Assembly (NCBI GenBank): GCA_000708835.1
Contig: DF237404.1
Location: 1-64,000, forward strand
DNA length: 64,000 bases
From: Klebsormidium nitens
Taxonomy: Eukaryota > Plantae > Klebsormidiophyceae
Direction: 5' to 3'
Under the pieces are notes generated by a model. It was not told the DNA's origin. It was given only the letters and a program-made list of their open reading frames with translations, and searched no databases. Shown here one piece after another: positions 38,801 through 51,420 of the stretch. The first letter of the stretch is position 1. Each line of letters begins with the position of its first letter. The position numbers were made by a program, and so were the translations under genes.

Positions 38801-39755
38801 ATGCTGGCGAAAGCAGACTTGAGCTGTCTAGGTTGATTCGAAACGGTCGGAACGTGAGCTGCAATCTGTGTCCCTTCAAAGTCATTCGCCTCACGGTCGA
38901 AGCATTTATGAAGTGCTCAAAAGCTGAAGGCCCTCCGGGAAGTACTCGTCGTTCTTTTTTTGCATTTTGCTTCTGGCAAGATCTCCGGATGACGTCAAGC
39001 TGTCTTCAACAAATTTCGAGATTTGTCGTATGGCCGCTTTTTAGAATGCCTGAGTTGGTTTCATAGCTTAGATGAAACGCGAAAATAAGCCTCACGTCCC
39101 GACTACTGCTAAATGGACAATTATCTTGCTTCCAGGTTCCTCGAAGTTGACATTGACATCGCAATGAGGCGAGTTTTAAATAGGCACATCAAGACCGGAA
39201 AGCCGCCCGACGTGGCTGCATGGAGGGTGAGCCATAAACCTTGGTCTGATACAACCGGCTTGATCCACGACGTGTCTGCTCCTCCCTCTGGCATGCCTTT
39301 GTCTGATCAAGTTTGATCTTTGCCTGGTCAGGTTTCCATGAAGGGAGTCTGCTTTGGGACGGAAAGCTGCAAATGAGCCCAGGGTTTGCAAGCATTGGAA
39401 AGATCTGAATATGAAGTTTAAGAAACACAAAACTTACACACTATCGTTGTTGCAAGTGCTAACTAAGTTGTGGGTTGCTTGTTTGCTTGTTTGCCTCTTC
39501 ACCAAGCGTCCTCCACACGGTGAGTCCCTGAATTAAACGACGTATGATGGTAGCAGGCTTTGTAGTGATACCAAATCAGCTTCATTCGGGCCATCAAGAC
39601 GCCGAAAATGACCAGGTTGGAACGATCATGCAATTTTCTTTCGTATCATGCAGGTTAGCTACAACGATCGGCCCAATGGGTTGTTGATTGCTGAAACTGC
39701 GAGTCGAGCTGATCTGGTGATACCGTCTTTGGATATGGTGATCGGAGAAGGTTGA
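35885..39755 (+). CDS. P-loop kinase of the uridine kinase/phosphoribulokinase-like family (YFH7/YggC-like)
   Basis: Core exons 36611-36685, 37028-37062, 37412-37536, 37851-37940, 38281-38354, 38591-38677, 39136-39226, 39654-39755. Walker A GVAGSPGSGKTT, plus PMDGYH, RRGSHWTFD, PSFDHGVGDP, IVIVEGNYLLL, NDRPNG. N-terminal exons upstream of 36611 are unresolved, so the start coordinate is approximate. Confidence 0.85.
37324..37427 (+). repeat. Perfect 52-bp tandem duplication spanning a 3' splice site
   Basis: Units 37324-37375 and 37376-37427 are identical; each contains TTCTTTATCGTGTGCAG|GGAAGACAACTCTAGC. Confidence 0.9.
38367..38414. repeat. Intronic inverted repeat with internal tandem unit
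   Basis: CTCAAGATAAGCTACTGA pairs with TCAGTAGCTTATCTTGAG; right side has TCAGTAGCTTA twice. Confidence 0.8.
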
Positions 39756-40677
39756 GCCCCAATGTGTCAGATTTTATATGGCTGCCATTTTTCCACCAAC
39801 AGTCCGCTGATTGCGCACGCTTGAGTCGTCGTGTTCGCCCCGCGAGTTCGGTTCGGTGTCGTGGGGGTGTCGTACCCGAAGATGCATTGGTGTATGGCAC
39901 TAGAAGTCAAAACATCAATCTCAAATTCATGGAAGTGAGAAGCAAAGGAAACTGATCTGCGAAATTGGCGTATGGTTCCTTGCTCCAGCGAACTTTGATA
40001 CGACCGCATGTCTCGAGGGGAAGTATAAAAGCCTGTCGTGTATGATTGATCTTGTATATGACTTGGGATATAGTGGGACGCTTTCTTCGTTCTTTAAGAG
40101 GTGCGCCACCAAGGGCGCGGCCTGAGCTTCACTTTCGACAGGCATGTTTCGTTGAACCATGTTTGTGGTCAATCAATGGGAATGATCGTATGCAGAGTGC
40201 ATGAAAGGCTAATTATCTAGAGCAACGATTTGGCAGGAGATTGTGATCGACATGCTTGAAGCTCATCTGCATGAGATTCTGAGATCCGTCAGCAACTTCC
40301 CAATACCTATGCCGAATAGCATGCCCCGGTTATAAACAAACCCAAAATGCGTGAAATATTTTGCGTACAATCTCGGTGAATCACGTGCCGCCATCTGTAA
40401 TTGACGAAGCCTTCCCACTGCTAAGTCATCAAAATTTTGGGATTGCATGCAGCCTGAGCCGGCGGGCGCCATGGATGATGCAGGGAGTGCAAAAGCTGCT
40501 CAAACCAGGCTGAACAATTTTAATAATACTACTATGTAAGTGAAGGCGGTTTGGTTGCAGCAACATGCCCGCACAAGCGCTTCCACCCTTCTGCTGCTGG
40601 CTCTAGTTGACAGCTGATTCTGTCTCGCTTTGCGCTAAAGCGACTTCCCGGCCGTGGTTCGTTGTGCAGTTTGCAAG

Positions 40678-43418
40678 ATGGCGCAGTCTTTGGTGCTGAT
40701 GCAGGGTGTGCAATGCTGCCCGGCGCTGGCGCTTAGCAACCGGACTCAAAGACAGACACCTGCCATGAACCGGCTGATGCAAAACCACGGGGTTACTTGT
40801 CCTATGCATAGACATGGCAAACTTTCAAGAAAGATGATGTCTGCTGGTTTGAAGAAGTGGCGCAGTTGCTCTAAGGCCTCTGTGATAGCCGCACCACCAA
40901 TCAGAGCCAAGTCCAGTGAAAGCAAGGAAGAGTCAGCGTCTATGACCAGGAATGCTGGCAGCAGCAGATTATCACAAAGAATACTGAGTGCTACTTTGGC
41001 AGCTGCGCTAATTTTGTTGCCAGCAGATGGGGGCAACTCAACGAAGGCATATGCATCAAGCCCTGTGACCCTGGTAAGTAATTCTGGTCTCTCAATTTGT
41101 TTCATCACGCCGTTCCTAGGTCCTCAGCTGAAACTGGAAGAGAAGCTTTGCTGCCTATCTTTTGCTGCTCTTTTGTGTTGTATTCGAAACCTAGCAGGGT
41201 CACCTTTTCAAGCTACCGCCGTGGTGCTCTATAGGTGGCTCATTTGCATTCTATTGGCATTGTACAAATAGGATCAGCTATGTGGCTAAGTTTGGAGTCA
41301 TGAAGTCAAGTACGGGCACCTGAGCTGCTCTACAAGCTATGGGCTTCTCAAGTGGCTGAGCATTTGCAAGTTTAAGCTGGGGGCAATTCGTCCACTATTG
41401 GGAAATTTGAATGGTATCATGGTGATGATTAAATAAATGATGAGAGTTACTGACCTCGGCGTAACCAGAAAGCCACCATCTTCGATCGATGTAATGTTGC
41501 TCTTGACTTGTGGGACTGTTGCTCTTTCTCAGACGGTAAATAGGTAGGTGGCCCAATGTGAAACAACCGTTCATTGCTGTCGCAGGGCATAGTGGCTGTA
41601 ACTAGACGAGGAGCATTCAATGAAGATTTCTGGTAAAGGGAAAGGGTGTTCCTCCAGAACGGTCTTCCCTTGCATCACTCAGTACACCAGTCGGACTGAT
41701 TCTTGTTACTACAAGGGTGGAAAGCAAGTGGAGCACCAGACGCAATATTGGAAAAGTGTGTCTATCTGGCCAATCTCGAAAATTTGAAGGATGAGCATAA
41801 TCAACGGGGGACCCCATCAGGCAGTCGCAGCAGTGATCAGCGGAGGGCCCCTCAACTGATGAACTCCTGCCAGTTGTGATCAACGTTTCAAAGAACGGCT
41901 CTCTCTTGCAGCCCCTGGCTGCTGCCGTGACGGAGACGGTCAGCGCAGACTCGGCGGCAGACCTCTTTGCCCAGCTGAAGGGCTACGATAGCGCAGAACA
42001 TGAAGCCAAAGCGTCAGGAAAGGTCGCGCCTCCTCTTAAAGCTAGGTAAGTCTGAAGTTTTCTTTCAATTCGATTGAAAGAAAACTTTCGATCCAAGCAA
42101 GTACAGGAAAGAGAAGGGAAGTGAAATCGGCCTGAGCTGAGTATGCAGTGCACGCGCGGACCAATTTTTTACGCTGAAACACATTTGTGACGTGTTGGCA
42201 GCTGGGCGCCTCTACTTCAAGAAAAATAACGAGTCTTGAAAGCAAGAACGACATCGTGTGCTACTTGTGTGACATTTCGAGACCGGAGTTTTTGTGGTGG
42301 TATTGCATTGTCGAAGTGAGGCATCGAACTTCTAAACTTTGATCTTTTCGACTTGTTCGACATTTATACCCTGAGCCTACAGGCTGGGACGCCTGCTCGA
42401 CCAAGTCGATTGACCCTGAAACGCTTGACTGCTGATATCGAGTCTCCAGAATCCAGTCGTACACTCATTGCTTATGTTAACATGTGCGTGTGCTTCGCTG
42501 ACAGTCGTTTCCAGTCGTCCAGAAACAATATGTGGGGACATCAAGCGACCATCCAGATACTCAATTTTCAACTTTTCTCATATTCGCCCAACCTTCCTTA
42601 GCTTGTGGTTACGGATCCAACCTTCTCGGACTCATTGCAGCGGTCAAGACCCCATAACGGCGGCCGTCGAGTCTGTCAAAGTCGCTGAAGAATTGGACGT
42701 CACTAAACTGCCCGAGGTAAACGGCCCCGCCAAAGTGAATACGGCAAAGGGAACACAAAATACTGAGACCCCCGCAAGTACATCAAAGCCGGAAGTTGCA
42801 GATGGCGCGCAATCCAGCGAGGGGCAAACGAGAGTGGGGGGGCTTTTGGAGCGCTTGAAAAAGGGGGCAGATGCAGGACGGTCAGGGATCGCGGGATCGT
42901 TGGCGGAGTCAAAGCAATTGCTTGGAGCGGGAAGATCTAAAGTCGGGGAGATCGTTGGGCGCGTAAAAGAGGGCGTTTCGGATAAGATAGGAGGAGGTAA
43001 ACTTGCTCCAGAGAGTTTGCCGGTGGAATCCAAGGCAGCGCCGGCGGAAGCAAGCGGGTCACCAGGCGGGTTAAAGGACTGGTTTGGCAGCTGGACTGGC
43101 GGCAAACCCAGTGAGAGCAATACGGAATCCAGGGGTTTGTTTTCGGGGGGGTCGCAAACAGCGCAGCCCCCCGCGAAACAGGCGAGAGGATTCTTCCAGG
43201 CTAAGCCCCCCCCAAAGGAAGAGAAGACGGGGCTAGCGGGGACGTGGCAATCGCTCACAAACCTGGATTTCCTTCCGGACAACGTGAAGGGGGGGGCTTT
43301 GACGGTGAAGAGTGCGGTCAGCTTCGTACTGACGGTACTGAGTTTGGTACTATCGGTGTTTGCCAAGGCGCTCGGAGTGGCGGCGGATCTGATCGGGATC
43401 ATTGCACGGGGACTGTAG
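40678..43418 (+). CDS. Hypothetical organelle (probably plastid) membrane protein, 3 exons
   Basis: Exons 40678-41073, 41912-42045, 42641-43418 join in phase (0, 2). Transit-like N-terminus, hydrophobic stretch ILSATLAAALILL..AYA, low-complexity middle, C-terminal hydrophobic helix. No family recognised. Confidence 0.65.
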
Positions 43419-43539
43419 AGACTGCGGTCAAAGAGAACGGTGTAAGATACAAAGAGATTCAATAAGGCGCACCTTTTGAGGGTAGACCTCGAAGTCAAAC
43501 AACGAGTGCTAGCAAAATGCTGGGCTCCTGAACGCATAA

Positions 43540-44470
43540 GTGACCAGAATATAATGTGCGAACCTCGTAATTAAATAGTCTATGCCCGCGTCCAAGCCAG
43601 TCGTCCAGGGTCATTGTATCATACTTAGGCGCAAACAGGGCTACTGTACGGCTTGCGTTGTCATCCAAGCTGGGCCAAGGCTACCATTTATACGATTATG
43701 ACCAGCTCCCTTTCATTTTTGATTGAGTGAGACCAACAAGGTATAGAGGCCGTCGTACTTTGCGATGAGATGCAGGTGGGATTGCACTTTACGCTAGCCG
43801 CCGGTTATAAGGGCCAATGATCATGTCGGAGGCAGTATATACTGGCCTGCACATGTAGGTGAAGTCTGAGGTCTCGCCAGGATTCAGCAATTGTCGGCCG
43901 CCAGTTTCTAAGGTACTATATAACAGTGTTGTATGCAGGTTGATAAAGACTGCACGGATGCGCGCTCATGACTCTATCGCTGTACCTTTACGGGGCCCTT
44001 TCAAAAATATGCTATCGCACTGATCGAGGATCCCATGGGCCAGTCGGATAGTGACATTCATGCACACATGTGCAGCGCATGATACAACAGCTACTCGCTA
44101 TAGTATCTGACCATCATGTGCAGGATTCGGGTTGTGGCAGCAATTATATACTACATGTGCACAATGATGCACTATACTACTCAAATCAGCTTAATTCAAT
44201 GACAGTGATAAGTTTGCATGCATGCACGGTCATGGGCCATCAACATGCAAGCGCTCATGCATTGCGCCACTGAAAACCATGCTTCTGTACGAGATATGAT
44301 CGTCTGTAAGAGTAGGTCAATGCACGGCCGAAGCGTTCAAAATGCAATGTCAGAGCCAAACGTGACGTGCGATGAAGCACTTGTAGCAGCTAGGGTATAA
44401 ATTTCCGCGGTATATCAAGAGGCGAGTCCAAACAGGGCACTCATGTATGTACCGAACTCGAACATTCGCT
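43540..44470. repeat. CATG/TGCA-rich intergenic island between convergent genes
   Basis: Dense CATG, TGCA and TATA motifs (e.g. TTGCATGCATGCA near 44215); no credible ORF. Confidence 0.4.
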
Positions 44471-45959
44471 TTTAAAGCATTTCATCCTCATTTACTTAAG
44501 CCTGATCTACTTAGGTTTAAGCAATTATTCTCTAGCTCATATTGTACAGTTGGCTTTCGAATCTGAGACAGATTCTGAGATCCTGACAGTAACAGCTCTT
44601 TTGACATCAGAGTTCCTCAACGGTAAAACATTGCACCACTTGCCATATCAATGCGACCTTTTAAAGTCAGCTACAACTCATGAACCAGCGCAACGAACTG
44701 CACGGGGTTTGGCACTACTCTATCCGGCCATGTATTGCTTGGATTCTGACGCTGCCGAGGCGCCATCGGATGCTCCACTCGCGCGCGACACTTGTGCTGA
44801 CGTCGGAAAGGAGCTCGCTGTACCCGTTGCACTGCGATGCACAGAAGAAAACAGAGGTTCTGCGACAATCCTGGGCGGTACCAGTTGCAATCAAACAGGC
44901 CATTTCCGCCCCGTTCCAAGATCTCCTCCTCTGCATGCGTAAAATGCTGATTGAACCTTTTGCACTAGATGGACCAGCTCCTTGTTCGGCCAAAACATTG
45001 AAAATCAAATGAATGTGACTAATGCCCATGCAGAGGCTTCCGCTTAGCAAGCGTATAGTCTTGGTCGTCTTTCCAGACGGTTCCCAGACTTGCGTGTTTG
45101 AAGCGTGTTTTGGAAGAGGAAAACCCCAAGCCGTCAAGGAATTCTTTGGTTTACAACCTCCTGGCACCTGCAAGAGCCTTCCGCTCCATCGCACGTGCCT
45201 CACACGTCCGAGCAGCGTCTTTGAGTCGTCACGGAAAGTGCATAGAAGGCGCTCCCGACAGCCCGCTATAGCTCAACAAATACGACAAAACAGAGACCAA
45301 CGACACATTGTGCGAACCCCGCTGCCGCACCCCAAGGACAAAGGAGCTACTACTGCTGCCGTATCCCAAATATGTTCTGCCCGTTCGATATGCTCGAACC
45401 CCAATAAAACCACACAAGAGCCGGAAGCAAAGAGCGGGATCCGGAGCAAAGCACTAATTCCGCTGCACAATTCCTCAAGAAGGGCCGCTCGCAACACCAT
45501 ACCCAGTCCGCCCCACCGACTCGGACCTACTGATCACACGAAAGAAAGAGATGAAGAAGCAGCAAAGCACCGGCTTTTCCTCACCTTTACCGATAAAAAC
45601 CGCCCCCACGCGCTTCTGGCCCGCCCTTCGACTTCACCTACTGAAGCCGCTCCTACCGGCCCCCCGCAGAACACAAACCGAAGCACTGATTCTATCTCAC
45701 CATCCCCAAGAAGAGTCGCTGCCTCCGCCGTTCCCCCGCCCTTCTGGCCCTTCCTTGATATCCTGGGACAAGCTTTTACGAAGTCAAACTGATCCAAAAG
45801 CAGATATCATAAGTAAAGCATCAATATCACCTCCCCCGAGAAGAGCCACTTCCTCCGCCATTCCCCCCACTCGTCCTGCCGGCCCCGCACTCAGGCATCT
45901 CAAGAACAGAAATAAAGGAAGCAAGGGAGAACAAAGCAGAGCAAAGCACCCGCTTTCTC

Positions 45960-48679
45960 TCACCTTCCCCGAGAAGAGCCGCTTCCTCCGCCGTTCCCCC
46001 CGCCCGTTCTGCCGGCCCCCGGCTTCTCCATGTTGGTCACCGTGATGTCGACCCCGAGCGTCGTCTGCAGCGCGTCTAAGTCGCTCGCCAGCCGCGCGGT
46101 GCTGATGTCCGGCGGAATCGCCACAATTCCGTCCATCATGAACAGCGTGGTCCCGCCAAACGGTGCCTAGGTAGAAGCAGCCGAGAACGAACGACATAAG
46201 CTACACGGGTTGGGCGAGGGGGTTGACGACAGGGGGCTGTCAACGACGATGCTGTCTGTTAAGAAAAGCGTCGAGCTGCCGAAGAACGCTAGAAAGGACG
46301 AATAAACAACAACGTAAGCGGGAATCGATGACGTCAGCTGTTGAACTTGGCAAAGGAAATGACGCCTGCGAGTGCCGATGCCAAGAAGTGTGCCACGACG
46401 CTATGCATCAATAAGGGTACCGTGCTGCCGGAACATGCTTCGAAGAGGCGAACAGATTCAGACAATGACATTAATCAAAGAGAGCGAACTCGGTATCGCC
46501 CTTGGCCGAACGGACTTGACTTGGCGTCAGGTAGCGCAGCCTTGAGGATGTTATACTTGAGACTTGAGGCTGTGAAAGATCAGCAACCAAAAACAGACGC
46601 CATGAGTCTTGGCCATATTTGAAGGGCAACCCTTGCGACTGTGTTGTCTTGCCGCCCGCACGCTAGCTGTGGCACTCCTGGGACTAAAAGCTTGCGGGGA
46701 CTGTTATTCGGAGGCAAGCCGTTACGGACATTTTGACTTCACATTAACTGTGGGACGGTTTGGTCGCCTCCCACGAACACGACTGCAGAAAGGAGAAGCA
46801 TACCTCTTCTGTCCCCGTCTCGAGGCTCTCAATGTTGACGTGCAAAGACGCCAGGTACTCAGTCACGTTATACACCAAGCCTGCCAACAAAACAGCAATC
46901 TTGTGAGTAAGATCGCTTTCGAGCGGCTTTGAGTTGTTTCAAACAGTCGCTGCGGCAGTACCCGGTCCTGGCTGGATATTCGTGTCAAGGACGAACGGGC
47001 TTGAAGTAGCAGTCCAATCATCAACATCGTAAGCACCATCTGCGACCGCACTTCTAGCAGCAGAAATTTCATGAATCTGATCCGGGCACAACACGTCCAG
47101 GCCGAATCGCATCGGCTCGACTTTTGCGGATTTGCGCACGAGCGGACTTCGAACCGACCTCCCGTCTCGAGCCAGAAACCAAGGGTTGATCTGACAAATC
47201 TTACAGATCGTTAGCTTTCTAATGTGCAAAACGCCTGCGTTTCGTTGTATAGACACCATCCCCATTCAGTCGGCCCCCGAGGACTCACCAGGGTTGTCGG
47301 CCCCCCGCAAGGAAATACGGCGGAAGCGTTTCTGCAATTTCTTCAGATACGAGGGGTCCTCGCTCGTCCACCGGGTGAAGACGTGCAAGCCCTCGATGTC
47401 GCTCAAGCTCGACCGGATCTCCTCTGCTCGGCTTGGGACCCTGCAAGAATCAAAAGAGATTCGTATTCAAACAACCTGGAAGATCTGGAAAATGGAAACA
47501 ACGATTCGTTTAGGTTGAGCAATTTAAACAACCAACGACTGGAAGATTTCAAGACGTGCAGCCGCAAACGAGTGCCCAATCGAACTTGAAAAGGAAGCCG
47601 TCCGGTTCAAGCGCCAGGAAACGATGTTTGCCGAAAGCGTCCCATGATTGCAGCACACAGCCTACGGCGGAACCACCTGTAGGACATTGAATCCCGAACC
47701 CTCTTTCTGCCTAAAGCGGAAGGCATTACGGGCCACGCATCCCGGTTGTCAACATCCACACAACTTCGCATCCTTGTTCAGAATCCATCTAATGGTGCGT
47801 CCCTTAGAACGCATCGTAGCACAAGATCGCTCTATATTGGCCAGCTAAACACGTTTTCCGCACGGCCAACTATTACCATCCAAATTGGCCAAGTTGCACC
47901 TGTCGTAATGAAGCCAACAAAGTAACCCGGCGAGGCTTGCTGCTTTCGATACTCAACAAACAAATGCAAAGAATCAAGCTGCTCACGTAGCGTCCACAGT
48001 AACTAGCATGAGGATGCTGAAGTCGCCCGCGAGGCGTGCCATTCTGCTCTCCTCCACATTCCCCCCCAGCTCCAGCAAGCGCTTGCTCAGCCGCGACACG
48101 ATGCCCGGCCGGTCGGGGCCCGACGCTGTCATCACCAGCTGACGGACTGCGATACAGACAACGGAAACGGGTTTGCGTTCCACATAACCAGGTGACATCT
48201 TATATCTCCTCCTAACAGGACAAGAGTGGACTCTTGGGGGCCTACACGGACCTTGCTTGGCCACAGCCCTCTTAAGGTCGAAGATAAAAGTTGCCAGCTT
48301 GAGATCAACTGGAGCCGCTGATGGGGGAGGTGGTAGCAGGGCTGGTTCCTTTTGATTCGCTTTACGTCCAATGTTCTCCCTCAAACGGTTCTGACAATCG
48401 AAAGGCGGGGGCAGTAAAGACTGCACAGCCAACTGGAAACTGCATGTGCACGCTGAAGACAAACCTCAGCGTATGAGTCGAGACAAAGGGGACTGAGTCA
48501 TCACTGCAGACATATATGCGCACCTTTGTAGTGGTCCTGGAAGTCAGGTGAGGAGACGCTGCCAGTGGTGTGGAAGGGAGCATACGGCGTGAGCTGGCTG
48601 AAGGCGGGGAGCGACGGAGCGTAGTGGGATGCTGAGCTGGGCCATCGGCTCAGGTCATCCTCTGAGTAGCCAAACAGAC
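45960..48679 (-). CDS. GcvR-like tandem ACT-domain protein (glycine cleavage regulator family); 5' end unresolved
   Basis: Exons 48679-48524, 48146-47987, 47440-47289, 46880-46804, 46166-45960 in phase. ACT1 LVMTASGPDRPGIVSRLSKRLLELGGNVEESRMARLAGDFSILML; ACT2 ISLRGADNPGLVYNVTEYLASLHVNIESLETGTEEAPFGGTTLFMMDG. Confidence 0.82.
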
Positions 48680-50287
48680 CTGTAGGAAATGAACGCCGTT
48701 GACGAGTGAGCACATCAAAGAATGCGGGCTACTTGCCAGATAAGCAGTTGGGAGACCGTTTGATTGATGACATGAAGACCATATATTCGGCCATGGTCAG
48801 AGTCAGATTTCTGGGTGACCACGAGCGCAATGGGCAGATCCTGAACAAACTGCATGAAAGAAACGGTCACTATGACATTTAAAACATGGTTCAACTCAGC
48901 GTCCATTTATATTGGGCCAATGTCATCGCTGCAGCAAATACATGGTATGTCCATCAACAAATGCATCCAATCTGGACCTCATTCAATGCTCTGCTTTCAA
49001 CGTACTAGAAACAGTCTGCCAGCATCTGATGCAGGGGTGATGGGTCTGTTCGACCCCTCAGTTGTGAGCTGCCAGTATTCTCATCGCACACAAGGTGATC
49101 ATAGGGCCCGAAACAACGGGCAGTGCGGTGCGGCCAGGATGCTGCTTGCACTGCTTGACGTCAAGTAGGACTTGACAATGAAGCCACTCTACTCCAAGTA
49201 GTCAAGTTTGTGGTTTGTCAACTTGAAGAGCCTCAATCATGACAATTGTAGATGCAAACCCTAAACACCTCCTGCTCAGCAAACTTCAGAAGGAGCGCGG
49301 CCTGCTTACAGCAGTGATTCACACATGGCCAGCAATGCAACCTCAAGTCCGTGAAGCGACCTTATCAGCATGTGCAGTTGTCAAGGTTTGGGTTGTGGCT
49401 TCATTCTCCTTGTTGACTTTCATAAAGCACTTTCTTTGAAAGCCACTTGCATTTGTGAACTTTACGTGGCAGAACTAGGATTCATGCTATCCAAACAATG
49501 ACATAGAGGTTAGAATGAGGACCTATGACGTGTATATATTGAGCAGACACCCATATTTGAATAAGTACCTATCTGCAAACATGCATGAAGCTCCACATGC
49601 CGAGAGCCTGATGATACAATAAGGAGAGAAGCAATCGATATCCACAGCCAGACCATATTCAAAGTACAGACGTATCAAAATGCAAATGATTATAACCAGG
49701 TTGGAAGGGGCACATACCCGATTGCAACCACCTACAGCATTGCAGGAGTCTCGTTCCCTGGCAACCAAGAGCCTCTCTCCTCACAAGTTCTGGCCTTCCC
49801 AACAGCCGGGCAAGATGCCAAGCTCTCAACCCCAGCATAGCTGTTGAAGTCTCTCGTTAACTCCTTCCTCCGTTGTATCCTTTCCCGCGCAAAAGAAAGA
49901 GATGCTCGAGAAAAGCAGAACTCTTTCTCCTGGACCTCCGGCTCCAGCTATAATCCTGAACAAATGGTAATCATAAACTCTTCTGGAAAGGGAGGCAGAC
50001 CGCCCATGAAACAGAAGCTGCAGAACAACTTGAAGTTGACGAGGAAGATGACTTTTATGCAGCGCCTTTAGCCTATAAAGTTTAACTTTAGGCGAGCGTC
50101 CTCTTCCGGATTAGATCACTAGGTATAAGCTTCGTGATCTATTTGAAGAGGTCAAGAGTGGTCTTTCGTCAGAGGAAAGTGCCAAAAGATCTTGCATGAG
50201 AAAAGGGCTTTTAGGGCTGTGAAGTTTAAACGAAATGGTTGGTACATAGATTGTGATGTGCGACACCATTGCATCCGAGTTGACCAA

Positions 50288-50396
50288 GGGGGGTTAGCTC
50301 AGTTGGTTAGAGTATTTGTCTTACAACTGCCGACGACAGCATGTCGTGAAGCAGGAGGAGCACAAAATGTCCAGGGTTCGAGACCCTGATCCCCCA
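50288..50396 (+). tRNA. trnV-UAC: tRNA-Val(UAC) with a 35-nt intron at the canonical 37/38 position
   Basis: Acceptor stem GGGGGGT/ATCCCCC+A73; D arm GCTC-AGTTGGTTA-GAGT; anticodon stem TTTGT/ACAAA, loop CT-TAC-A; intron 50326-50360 with C32:G (50358) anticodon-intron pair; T arm CAGGG-TTCGAGA-CCCTG; TTTT at 50411-50414. Confidence 0.88.
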
Positions 50397-51420
50397 CATC
50401 ACACGTTGCCTTTTGCTATCACTCACCCTTTTGCTGGGCAGCTTGTTACGTATCTAGTACAGCTGCCTTCAATGCGCGAGTGCACCATTGGTTTGCAATG
50501 CAGAGATGATTTAACGGTTTGCACACATCAACTTCTTCACAGCTTCCTTCAATGACCGAGCCCAATGAGAATGCAACTTAAACGGCCCTCCATATACCAC
50601 TGCCATTCTGCCATGCTATGTGATCGAATTAAGCACATGGCCGCAGCACAGAAACACGGAGGTTCGCATAAGTTTTCCTCCATATGCAATTAGTAAGTAT
50701 GCCTTCGGTTCCTATATATAGTTCAATCATTCCTCAGACCTACGACGCTAAGTTTGGGACCAACCTTACTGACGGGAACTGCCGAACACCGATGCTACTA
50801 AGATTGGACAAGTTGATCTTGAATCTTGCTAATTCCTATGTTCAATTCGTTTGGGTTCACATAAATTCTCAATCTGCAACATGACAGTGAAGCATGAGAT
50901 TTGTTGATAGAGCTAGCGCGTCTTCACATTCGAATGTTGGTCATCAAGAGCTTCCTAAAAGGAAACCTCCAACGTCCAATCAACGACATCTAGATATCCC
51001 TCGTGAAGCACCACCTTGTATCTCTATGATTAGAATTCACCCTTGACGAAAATCTCAATAACATACCACCCCATGCATACCATTCAAGACGAGACGAGCA
51101 GACATGAAGAGGTGTTGTACATCCGAACGGCATGAAGTTGATTGACCTTGTCAGCATACTAGGATCGTATACCCCCCCTAAGCGCCACTACTTTCACACT
51201 CTAAAAAGCTCCAAATCAAGCACCGGGATAGAATGCGCCACAAATTCCTCAAGTACCATGTTCAAGTAGCTGGCATGAGTCCCTTGTTGGGGGAAGGAGG
51301 TACAAACAGATTCCTCCCGACAGCAACAATTGCAACTCTCTATTGCAATTGCAGTTAGCTCGTCTTTACAATCTTGAGTTCTACCGTACTCCTTGAAATC
51401 AGTGCCTTACATGGGTGAAA

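Noticed and set aside
42644-43537. 297-aa antisense ORF, and similar antisense/overlapping ORFs at 33008-33598, 45022-45792 and 18769-19209
   Set aside because: Shadow frames of GC-rich coding exons or low-complexity UTR; no recognisable domains.
49520-50070. Candidate upstream exons for the GcvR-like gene
   Set aside because: No frame gives both a start or acceptor and a phase-1 donor convincingly; left unresolved.
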